DNA of 63,768 nt, the filler included, from Collodictyon triciliatum (lineage: Eukaryota), in the NCBI GenBank assembly GCA_043381765.1. It is 8 parts of 8 records of this genome, joined end to end, with 100 filler letters (N's around TTAATTAATTAA, not from the genome) between each part and the next. Parts side by side here need not be neighbours in the genome. Positions count along the whole stretch, not along the records: positions 34,671 to 52,973 come from JBHJMP010000756.1; positions 53,074 to 61,495 come from JBHJMP010000758.1; 6 more parts are not named here. One strand, written 5' to 3'. The translations under genes and the position numbers were made by a program. This document shows positions 43,301-55,990 of this stretch, one piece after another; the first letter of the stretch is position 1; each line of letters starts with the position of its first letter. The notes below the pieces were generated by a model. It worked only from the letters and a program-made list of their open reading frames with translations, did no database searches and was not told where the DNA came from.

Positions 43301-46300
43301 TATTCTATTCTATTCTATTCTATTCTATTCTATTCTATTCTATTCTATTCTATTCTATTCTATTCTATTCTATTCTATTCTATTCTATTCTATTCTATNN
43401 NNNNNNNNNNNNNNNNNNNNNNNNNNNNNNNNNNNNNNNNNNNNNNNNNNNNNNNNNNNNNNNNNNNNNNNNNNNNNNNNNNNNNNNNNNNNNNNNNNGT
43501 TGTGTTTTGTTTTGTTTTGTTTTGTTTTGTTTTGTTTTGTTTTGTTTTGTAACAAACTTTCCTATTTCTAATTCTTATGTTAACTTCATTTTGCGTACAA
43601 TAAAATTACCTAGATCCATTCGGTAGATATGGGGTATATAGGCAAAATAACCATTGAATTGACGTATGCCATCAACCAGGTACAAACTATTACCTCGCAA
43701 GAATGATGTTGTAAAATACGTGGAATTCATATTACTATGTACATGGATATCCGGGCATAACTTGGTGCCTAATACAGAAAAGCAACCAATTTTTACATGA
43801 GAACGCGCATCGAGATTTTCATAACACTGTTAAGAAACATATAAATAAGTTTTTCTAAACATGAATGATTCAATCGAGATGACAAAGCCAAAATATTACT
43901 TAGGTTGCATATGGCCATGACATTTGGTTGTATATTGAAATTAGATGGGCCATAAATAAACAGATATTCTAGGTATGTTACGGATGCAATTTGTGAATTA
44001 GGTATATTCTGGTCTCGTAAAATCAGGTCCCATGAATAGGCGTCTGCAAGAAGGAATGATTAAAATCGAGACATTATCGTCCAGGCGGTCAGGTAATATC
44101 AAAAAAATTGCTTCGAACAACTCAAATAAATCGACAAAAGGAATAAGCGGATTAATAAGAGTTGTTAACAAATACCTTTATTGTAGCACCATAAAGTTGG
44201 CATAAATAATTGGCCAGATAGCCCAAGAATGCAATAAGAATTTTGAATGATTACAGATTTGTAACTGTTTGATGGTGGCCATGGGATAGGGACTGTTGAT
44301 GACTCCCAAGATCTTTTCGTCAAGGACAACTTGTATAACGAGCGACTAATAGTTTCACTTTTGTTAAGAGCACTTCCCGCGCTGTATATATACAAGGTAT
44401 CGTCGTGTTGAGAAAAGGACCCCAGGTACAGCGTAGCTGGTGAATCATTTCGAATTGGATATATGCTTAATCTTTTCCACGCCATCATATCTGGATATTA
44501 ATTTAATTCAGAAATATGTATAGAGCGCATGGACGCGTATGCTACTTTACTAATTTCAGTTGTAAATTGTCCCCGAATATATATACATTCGGGGATAGTA
44601 AATGGTGTGCCCTCGCATTTAAACTTTAAGAATAATGCGATGTCAATTAAAAATATTATTAGACGAAATTCGGAATTATATATCTTATTAGAGAAAAGGA
44701 TAAAAATGAAATTTGTCAATCTAAAAGAAATATACTTAAATCGAAGGCATATATAATCTCCGAAGTGATAGGAGTGTTTTCGGCAGTCCCACCAATTACA
44801 TATATAGTGCCTTCATAGAATCCCATATACTATCAGTTTTATAAAGTCTAAATTAGTTTTTGTTTTTGGTGTTGTTTTTGGTGTCCTTTATGGAGAATTT
44901 GTTTTTGTTTTTTCATCATCTATTTAAATGTTTATTTGTTTATTTATTCTATTAGTAGTACGGTTTGTTTGCATGAATAATCGATTGGTTATTTATTAAT
45001 TTAATTATATTCATAAATATAGGTTTCGTTAATAGTATTAAGAGAATATATTCTCCAATTACTAACCGGTCGAATCAATATTGGAGGGCTTTCGCTGTTG
45101 CTTTGTAAATCAGCGTTGTGGTTGCTGAGTAACTCCCAATTTTGGCGTACTTAAGGGGAATCATGAATCAAATACCAAATTTGTCGTTAGTTGAAGATAT
45201 AGTAATTGTTCTCAAACGTCGTGATAGAACTTCATTATATAAGGAACTTTCTTTTTTATAAAGTCTTGAAATTTATACCAAAGCTAAATCGCCATAATTC
45301 ATTTGTTGGCATCAAAATCCCGTGACATTTTTTACCACCGAATATAAACAAAGAATCATCAGATCTGGCAAATGAATGCTGCATTCTTGGAAGAGGGTTG
45401 TATCTCGATGATGAATAGACCCATTTTTTCGAATCTGGTAGGGGAAAAAAGGATAATTTTGAGTCTCAAACATTTGCAAGAAATTTTAAATGTATGTGTT
45501 TGCTGGTCGTAGTATACATACAAATTTATTCATATTTTTAAGGCCGAACATGCTTGAGAACTACCTAAGAAAAACTCCCATATTGATGAGTCAGCACAAA
45601 TACCGGTCCACGAACCGATAAAGACGACACTCTTTTTCAAGTATAAAAGACTAGAGTATCTCTTCATGGGAGGATATTCATAAAAACTTAAACCAGAGTA
45701 GTCGAAGGAATATGTTTTCGAATAATTCACTGAGAAACTCTCTGTCAGTTATGTAAATCAATTAAGGGAGTCAATTATATTATAAAACCCAAGATAATAA
45801 TAATCATGTATAATAAGTTTTCGAATCATCAAACACAGTAAGAAGAAAGAAAGAGAATATATCGAATATCTTTTAATACCTAGATTAATTTCTATTAAGA
45901 AAGTTGGAGATCCATTGCCCATGGTGGGTTCTTTTTGAGCCCCATAACCAATCAGACTATCGCCCATTTTCAAGGTGATAAGTTGGTTGATTGAGAAGGT
46001 GACGTTCATTATATTATTCCACGTAATATTTTGTGTGGACCAAATCTTCTTTTCTATTTTAAAAGATTAAATAAGATGTAAAAAAAAAAAATTGCAAAAG
46101 AGCTATTTCTATGCTACCAAATAAAAAAACTGTGGACAACAAGGAGCGAAGGATATATCAATTTGTAAGGTCACAAATTTCCAGAGTATGCTTACGGAAT
46201 ATATATACATCGAAGAAATAGCCTCCTGGTGTCTTTCTTGGCGTGGATAAGAAGAAATTATTATTGTAAATAAATCCAGAATCAAATTCGGAATACAGTA

Positions 46301-47929
46301 TGGGATTCTGAGGAGTTGATATCGACCAAGTTGTTGAATCTAATATTGGTTTCGTGGTATTTTTCTCAGATATTGATTATTTTTTTTTATTCTTCCTTTC
46401 AACTTTTGTGCAGGACCGAGGGGGGGTGTTTTCTCAGATATTGATATAGAGAATACTGTATAATGAACGTATATTCTTTCTTTTCCACGAAAATATTGAT
46501 ATGAATTACCTAAGCTGTATGCATAAAATTCATTTCTGCGAACTCCTTGGCCATCTATGCCTCCATGAATGTATAGACTACGATTCAGAAAGAAGCATCT
46601 TGGATGGTACAAAGATGGGGGCCCAGGTTTTTTAAATGTGATGCGTTTCCAGTCCAAGTTCAATAGATTTAACGAGAAAAGGGAATTGTCTGCCATAACC
46701 TTAGAACCTTTGTCATCAACTACTCCGGCGAAGTAGGGGTCACTTACATAACCACCGAATAAAAAAACCTAATTATATTGTCTTGAATAAATTATCGGTT
46801 TCGATAGCTAAATAACATTATCTTTTCAAATTAGTTGGAGGAGTGCAGGGTAATTATTCCGGAAAACTCTAAAGTATGAATGGACATTCGTATTGAAGAT
46901 AAGGTAGAGTGGTGAGGAAAAATTTTACTGATTCATCCAGCAAAGATATACAATATGAGTTCCTCAGATCAGGAAAATCCCCAGTTAATCTTAATATGGA
47001 CCACTTCATGTTTTCTGTGAAGAAAATATTTATGAATGAAAATAAATTGCCGTCTAAATATCTTCAACTTTCTGCAAAAAAAAAAAAAAAATGGTGGGGA
47101 TACTCAAGAATAATTTAAGTTTCTCGGTTTCTGTCTTTTGATAATAAGATAATATTTTGAAAATAAATGAAAAATGGCATACCAATGTCAAATGATGTAT
47201 GTATATAATCAATAACCCCACTGGATTCAGGGAGAAAATATGTGCTCCTTGAATAATAGTGATGGAGGTAAGGTATGTAATGTGTCAGTTATACTACATA
47301 ATTGAAGGGCCTCTTTCAAATAAAACTGACTTTAATATGGAATGCAGAGGGGAAATATGCAAAACAAAAAATGAAGGGAATTGTAAAATGATGAGAGAAT
47401 ATGAAGGGTGCAAAGTAGAGGAGAAAAAGAGAAGATAAAAAGGAAAATAGAAATAACTACATACTTATCAGGCAGTTGATACAGTGTTTCGTTCCATGTG
47501 AATGCTTTTCCTAATATATACGATGGCAAAACAGGGCCTGTTATATGGAGCCCGGCAAGTTTTACAGAACATTGTCCTAGTGAGGATTTTCATTACAAAC
47601 AACATAAATTGTAGTACATGAATAATGACCGAGATAATGGGCGGGTCAAAACTCGCTGTTATGAACTAGTATAGTGTTGAAAGGATATGCACCATACGTG
47701 GTGATTCTATTTTCATATTATTAGGCTAAATTCTATATACATTGGAGTTCTTTTTTACACCATATATGTGCGTTAGCCTATGTCGATTTCGGTGCCAGTA
47801 AAGACCAAGGAAAACAAAGGGAAAACAAAAGGAAAATAAATATATGTAAATACCCAATTCAGTTTGCATAATAACCAGGATATGCACAAAAAAGAACCGG
47901 GCTTGAATCGAAGTTGGAAATCGGTTCAT
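34819..47929 (-). CDS. single-pass receptor: [Kelch repeats - CUB-like - Cys-rich]x2 - TM - TKL Ser/Thr kinase - class III cyclase-homology domain; 3' truncated
   Basis: ATG 47929 with a short hydrophobic leader; Kelch blades (VFLFGG, LYIHGG, LFIFGG, IWVFGG, IYIYGG); CUB-like DGSG...CTWEV (~43049-42430) and DGSFG...NCTWEI (~38212-37810); TM AVSASAGVIILFFIAACVY-KKKRR (~37110-37040); kinase GSGSFG, AVK, HGDLKSPN, DFG, GSLPWMAPE, SDSYSFGIVLWE; cyclase-like SLWQ-EP-SM...FN-FIR, FC-DIQ-L-LLEWP...LFRGF. Confidence 0.9.
37288..37383. repeat. (AAT)n microsatellite, intronic
   Basis: Read directly. Confidence 0.95.
43134..43550. repeat. (TATTC/TGTTC)n - gap - (TTTTG)n arrays, intronic
   Basis: Read directly. 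Confidence 0.92.
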
Positions 47930-49106
47930 CGGGAAAAGATCCTTTACACCAGGAAGGACTGATATCTGGTAAGCACAGACAACACCTCACTTCTTCTAGC
48001 CAGAATTTATCTTTGATTCTAAGTAGTGTTTTCAACATATCAGAAAAGAAAAGAATGTAGCTTGCAAAGAGGAAATATCCAGTATGAAAGCCCTTACATT
48101 TACAAAATGTTTGTGTCGAGACGGTTNNNNNCTCTTTTTCTTCTTTTTCTTCTTTTTCTTCTTTTTCTTCTTTTTCTTCTTTTTCTTCTTTTTCTTCTTT
48201 TTCTTCTTTTTCTTCTTTTTCTTCTTTTTCTTNNNNNNNNNNNNNNNNNNNNNNNNNNNNNNNNNNNNNNNNNNNNNNNNNNNNNNNNNNNNNNNNNNNN
48301 NNNNNNNNNNNNNNNNNNNNNNNNNNNNNNNNNNNNNNNNNNNNNTCTTTTTTCTTTTTTCTTTTTTCTTTTTTCTTTTTTCTTTTTTCTTTTTTCTTTT
48401 TTCTTTTTTCTTTTTTCTTTTTTCTTTTTTCTTTTTTCTTTTATCTCGATCTCTCCTTCTATGCCGCGCTCGCCTTCGGTGGTGATCAGCAGCCGGACGA
48501 CAGATAATGTTTTTGCGGGCATCCTCACCACGAAGCACAAACGCATGCTTTGGGGTTCGAACCAGGATGCCAACCACAAAGGCATCTCGCCACTGCCCAC
48601 AGCGACAGGTTTCGCTCACAAGGGTTGTCTTATGTCAAGTTTCTATTTGCGGAATTTACCGAAATTTAGAAAAAAATTCATCCAACCTCTGGAAAGTATC
48701 AATGGTGGTTATCTTGTTGCGTGGCCCAGCGCGAAGAGAGTCTCTCCCAGGGACATACCTGTGTGGTTGGGTTGCTTGCTCTCTGGCACGCAGTCCTTCT
48801 TTGCCCTTTATTCGACTCAAAGGACACGCGGCTTGGTACATCGTTTCGGTCCAACCTCACGGAAGACAGCTCAGTTCCAATCATCTAAAGGAAAAATGAG
48901 CCTCGCTACCAAAGCCCTCCACGAACTGAAACGCCCGTACTTGGATTTTTTTTCCTCTTTTCTTCCCCATTCTACCACATAGCCGAAGGAGTCTTATCGG
49001 CAGCACACAATATATTTTCATCAGCTGCAGGCTCTGAACTGACTCTCGACAGAAACGCAAGTTGGTAGGATCCACACACGTTTGACATAATACGGAGGAA
49101 CGAGTC

Positions 49107-51069
49107 ATGAGCAAAGAGAAAGGAAAGGCGAAGGCTACAAAAGGGGCGAAGGCTTCAGCAAGCGGTGATCAAGAGGGTAGCAAACACATTCCCCTCTTGT
49201 TTTTCTTTTCAGTTTTTCCTCTGTTTCCTTACTACTTTATGTAACTACCACTCGTTTCATTGCCCCTTTTTATGCCTCTTTTCTTTGGTCGATTCTAACC
49301 GCCTCCTCCTTACTATTAGACACACAGTTGATTCTCAACTACATCAACACACAAAACCGACCTTTCAATTATCTCATGATATTCTCGAACCTACATCAAA
49401 AAGTGGCAAAGACGCAAACACAAAAGATCCTTGATACGCTCGTAGCTAGTGGTCGGATAGCTTCTAAAGAAAATGGAAAAGCCGTTGTTTACTATGCCAG
49501 ACAAGTATGTACCACTGCTGTTGTTTTCTTTTTCTTTCTTTTCCAAAATTCCTTTGATGTGTCTGCTCTTCCATCTTTAAATAGTGGGCTATATCATTTG
49601 TTGATTACTCTTCCTAATAAATTTTACTGTGTCGTATTGCTTTTTGTATGATGTGTGTACTAGCAAAAAAAAAAAAAAAAAGTACATTTGCATAAGCAAC
49701 CTCTCAAGCATTTATCTTACCATAGTATTTTTATGCAATCAGGACCAGTTTCCCATTCCTGATAAGGCCGAATTAGCTGAGATGGACACCCAAGCCAAAG
49801 CGTTGAGCACACGCTTACAAGAAGTCGCTGCCGAGAATAAGCAGCTTGGAACGGGTTATTTTCCCATATATATTTACAATATAATAATGTGTTTAAGAGT
49901 CTCAATTGCATATAATCTATTTATATACTTATCTTTTAATTGAAAATATCAAAGTGTGTAAAGTAGACCCATAATGCTGTTATTGAGTCTAATTTCTTTC
50001 AAATCATGTCGAAATTGTATATTATTTTTAATAGACTATTTATCGTTTCAGAATTACAGAGACTTGAATCGGCTCTTACCGACGAAGAGATAGAAGCGAG
50101 GATCAAAGAACTACAAGCAGAGGTTACAATCATGCAACCATATCGCACCACCAATTTTTTTCTTGGTTCCTTTACTTGATATCTCTACAAGACTTTGCAA
50201 GTTCCTCATTATCATATTAGCATTCTGTATGCGATTAAAAATAACTCATGTCCAAGAAAAACGTTCCCTTCTAAATTGCATTTTAGAAGCGCAAACTTCA
50301 AGAGCGTCTTGAGAGATTAGGTGATGGTTCTAATCTAATCACAGAGCCTGAAAAAAAAAGAGTAGATGCATCATTCAAATCTGGAATGGTATTGTCCCTA
50401 GCTTGTAAACAAAAGAGAACGAATTATGTCACACATGTGTTTTACTTCAGTACAGATATAAATATATGTTAAGGAAAAATCCACTACTTATATTTTGAAT
50501 ATAATACACACAGCTTGAATGGAAGAAAAGGAAGAAGCTTGTAAGAAAAAAATCATTCCAGAACGCTTCATATGTCAATTCTTTTGCAGTAGATATTTAT
50601 CTTTCTGATATTGAGGTCTACTATACAGCATAACATTTTTATGTTAATGAATGTCGTATTATGTCACAGACCGAGGACATTTTATCTACTCTGTCTGAGG
50701 GATTTGAAAAGAAACCATCAGAAGTTCGGGTAAAAAGAAAAGTTGCATACAAACACTCTACAGTCCAAGATGTATACGTATATATCAGCTGCCAACAATA
50801 ATGTGTCTTAGAGGCATCATAATCATGATTTTCTATCTGATTGAAATTTCTTTCTTTTCTTTTTTATTTTATTTTTAGCTCTCTCGCATCTTCACCTACT
50901 CACACCTAATCGAGAGAGAGAAATTGAAACAATAAACTAACGCAATGAGTCTCTTATAATGTAGGAAATGTTGGGAATCGACACAGACGAGGCTGCAAAC
51001 GTAAGTGTCGATCAGGTCATGGCCAGCATTACCGGAGATAGTGGCCCAGTGTCAAAGAAACCTCGCTGA
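49107..51069 (+). CDS. HOP2: Homologous-pairing protein 2 (HOP2/TBPIP/PSMC3IP), 8 exons, complete
   Basis: ILNYINTQNRPFN...IFSNL...KILDTL...GRIASKENGKAVVYYARQDQF (winged helix), coiled coil, EWKKRKK, EMLGIDTDE; ends TGA at 51069. Confidence 0.92.
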
Positions 51070-51254
51070 TGAGGCAATGGAGAGAGGGATGGGGAAAAAA
51101 ACCGCCTTTGTTTTGTCTTGATGTGAAAATTCTAAGGTCTTGAAATTTTATTAAGCTAGCAAAATAAAGATATTTAGAAAACACATGGCTATGTACCAAA
51201 CTTCCCACAGTTTAGAGACCAGGATGAAGACGTCAACGTTTGAGCAAACGAAAA

Positions 51255-52799
51255 TCACTGGGAATCGAAAACAAATGATAGGGAGTGGTAAATGTGTAGG
51301 ATGCTTGTAGCGATGTGAACAAATATTAGTGTAGGAGCGGAAAGAAAGGCAAAAAAACTTCTATTCAGGGTAGAAACCCAGAGAACATGCATGTCATATT
51401 TGTAGACCATCAACAAAATCCTCCTGGTTATTCCATACTGGACCAGAGCGATAACCCCGCTGCTGAAGGAAAATGTGATTCCGATGATGAATTCTTCATA
51501 TCTCAGGTTGTCGGATGTGACAAATGCGTCGTGGTTGTAACCATAGAAAACATACGTGCAAAGGAATACCGAACATAAGGAGGCGTTCATCCTTACGAAA
51601 AAGCTCATGGCGCAGTTTGTGAGGGAAAACTTTCTGTCTGACTTGGTGCGGATAGTGAGAAGGTTTCCCATCGTTTCTTCTTTGAAAAGCGGTATTTTAT
51701 TTAGGGTGCGGATTAGGATGCTTCTGCCTTTGTTTGAGTCTACCAAGGGCACAAAAGCCAGGCTGAAACTTTCGAATAGCAAATAAACAACTAGTGTGGA
51801 CGAGTTCAGAACCCTTGGAGAGACGATTGATATGTAGCACTGTAGTATAAACTCAAAGAAATAGTTTGTAAGCAGGATACAAATGGCGGCTGTGCGTTCA
51901 TCGGCTAAGCGAGGCGCCACCCTTCTAATTTGCAGTCTTGTGATAAACTTCATGACGGTCAGAAAGGATTGAAATCCAAAGACAATCAATATTTGCCTGT
52001 CGGCTGGTGACTTGTAAATCCCAATCATGAAAGGTATCTCTGTCATGGTGGCAGAGAATAAAAGGAGCCAAATCTGAACAAATATGATGCATCCCTCGAT
52101 GATAGTGCGTTTGCCCAGATCGACGAGAATAAAATGGAGGTACAATCCTAGAAGAGCCGGGGAAATCAATATAATACTAACGGAACCAAGCACAGTGCCA
52201 TAAAATGGAATGGGAAATATGTCTAGAGCCACCATGAGAGATAGAATACATATCATGCCAACCCAGAAAGTCACAGAAACAGACACAAACCAAAGCAAAA
52301 GTTTTCTTGTCAGGACTTTGGTATCCGGATACTTTTCCCAGAGGTTTAAGATGATGGCAACCAAACAGCATTGATAGAGCATCGTCGCTGGTACCTCAAA
52401 CGCAATGTTTGCAGCAAAAAGCCAGTATGCTCTGTTAAACAATCCCATTTCATTTATGCGGTCCAAAGGGATAGAGAAGATGAGATACAATGTGAGAATT
52501 GAACAGATGTTGAATTTCAGGAATGTCCATGTCCCTGAAAGATTCCTCGTGAAGAAGCTGTGTTTCGCATCGGCATCTTGGCAGTAGCTCTGGACCTCAA
52601 CATTGAAGTTTGTTTCGTTTTGATGGGGGTCGTCCTTGATTTGTGCCTCTGGGTCTAAAGGGATGCACCTGGTATTATTTTCCTGGTCTGAAGCAGGGGC
52701 AACTGAACACAGCGTGTTCTCCATAACTTCCCCACTAAGTACAGTCGGACTAAAAGGCTTCTCACCGGGGAAATTGTGAACTATGGTCACTTTAAACAT
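51255..52799 (-). CDS. multipass (~8-10 TM) membrane protein of unknown family, one uninterrupted 514-codon ORF
   Basis: Long non-repetitive ORF with alternating hydrophobic segments. A TTCTTCTGTAG acceptor lies ~12 nt upstream of the ATG, so an upstream exon may be missing. Confidence 0.8.
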   Translation of the reverse strand: MFKVTIVHNFPGEKPFSPTVLSGEVMENTLCSVAPASDQENNTRCIPLDPEAQIKDDPHQNETNFNVEVQSYCQDADAKHSFFTRNLSGTWTFLKFNICSILTLYLIFSIPLDRINEMGLFNRAYWLFAANIAFEVPATMLYQCCLVAIILNLWEKYPDTKVLTRKLLLWFVSVSVTFWVGMICILSLMVALDIFPIPFYGTVLGSVSIILISPALLGLYLHFILVDLGKRTIIEGCIIFVQIWLLLFSATMTEIPFMIGIYKSPADRQILIVFGFQSFLTVMKFITRLQIRRVAPRLADERTAAICILLTNYFFEFILQCYISIVSPRVLNSSTLVVYLLFESFSLAFVPLVDSNKGRSILIRTLNKIPLFKEETMGNLLTIRTKSDRKFSLTNCAMSFFVRMNASLCSVFLCTYVFYGYNHDAFVTSDNLRYEEFIIGITFSFSSGVIALVQYGITRRILLMVYKYDMHVLWVSTLNRSFFAFLSAPTLIFVHIATSILHIYHSLSFVFDSQ

Positions 52800-52859
52800 T
52801 TCCTGGGGACTACAGAAGAAAAAATTGTTTGAATCTTTGGATAAAATTACTCTTAGTTT

Positions 52860-52973
52860 ATGTTTAATGTTTAATGTTTTATGTTTTATGTTTTATGTTT
52901 TATGTTTTATGTTTTATGTTTTATGTTTTATGTTTTATGTTTTATGTTTTATGTTTTATGTTTTATGTTTTAT
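52860..52973. repeat. (TTTTATG)n array at contig end
   Basis: Read directly. Confidence 0.92.
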
Positions 52974-53073
52974 NNNNNNNNNNNNNNNNNNNNNNNNNNN
53001 NNNNNNNNNNNNNNNNNTTAATTAATTAANNNNNNNNNNNNNNNNNNNNNNNNNNNNNNNNNNNNNNNNNNNN
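52974..53073. other. artificial contig-joining linker
   Basis: N44-TTAATTAATTAA-N44. Confidence 0.97.
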
Positions 53074-53248
53074 CTGATGTTTTTCTGATGTTTTTCTGAT
53101 GTTTTTCTGATGTTTTTCTGATGTTTTTCTGATGTTTTTCTGATGTTTTTCTGATGTTTTTCTGATGTTTTTGGATGTTTTTTGGATGTTTTTTGGATGT
53201 TTTTTGGATGTTTTTTGGATGTTTTTTGGATGTTTTTTGGATGTTTTT
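53074..53248. repeat. (CTGATGTTTTT)n to (GGATGTTTTTT)n 11-mer array
   Basis: Read directly. Confidence 0.92.
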
Positions 53249-53580
53249 GTTCATTTGTTTTTATGTGATTGTGTGTTTTCTTTCTTTTATTCGATTCAAA
53301 GTTGTGTTGTGTTGTCGTGTGTTATTTTCATTTTTGTTTGTTACATTTCAATAAAATAAATTCGATGCAACAACAGCAATCGCACTTGATTAAACTAAGA
53401 AAGATAAACATGAGTGGGTTAACATTTAGTGTAAAGTTTGATTACAATGTCAATAGGACTAAATGAGACATGAACTTTTCATGTCTATGCACTGCGAGTC
53501 TATCTTCATAATTTTATGGTTGTATCCTATCACCAATGATGCAGGGAATCCAAAATGCTGTTAATTTGTTCTTGTTCGTT

Positions 53581-55598
<2,018 letters not shown>

Positions 55599-55794
55599 GG
55601 TCGACGTGTTAAGACCTTTTGGCTCGATTTTCCTTTGTCTTGACACGATAAGAAGCCCAGAGTGAGCGTGTTGAGCCAAAAAAAAGTTTTCGGGTGTGGT
55701 TTATTGGGTGTGTTTTTTTTATTTTATTTTGGTGTGTTTTATTGGGTGGGTGGGTGTTTTTATATTTTATTTTGTTTTTGTTTTTATTTTTGTT

Positions 55795-55960
55795 TTTTCT
55801 TTTTCTTTTTCTTTTTCTTTTTCTTTTTCTTTTTCTTTTTCTTTTTCTTTTTCTTTTTCTTTTGATTTTGATTTTGATTTTGATTTTGATTTTGATTTTG
55901 ATTTTGATTTTGATTTTGATTTTGATTTTGATTTTGATTTTGATTTTGATTTTGATTTTG
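55795..55960. repeat. (TTTTTC)n to (TTTTGA)n compound array between divergent genes
   Basis: Read directly. Confidence 0.92.
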
Positions 55961-55990
55961 TTTAAAAGCATCCGTTGGATAGTTTGCGCG

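Noticed and set aside
48510-48580. tRNA or SINE suggested by GGTTCGAACC (B-box-like) inside a GGCATCCT...AGGATGCC inverted repeat
   Set aside because: No T-stem pairing on either strand, no cloverleaf or A-box, single copy in the window.
48461-48982. ~170-aa ORF upstream of HOP2
   Set aside because: No recognisable motif; lies in a GC-richer region between divergent genes where chance ORFs are expected. Not excluded without RNA data.
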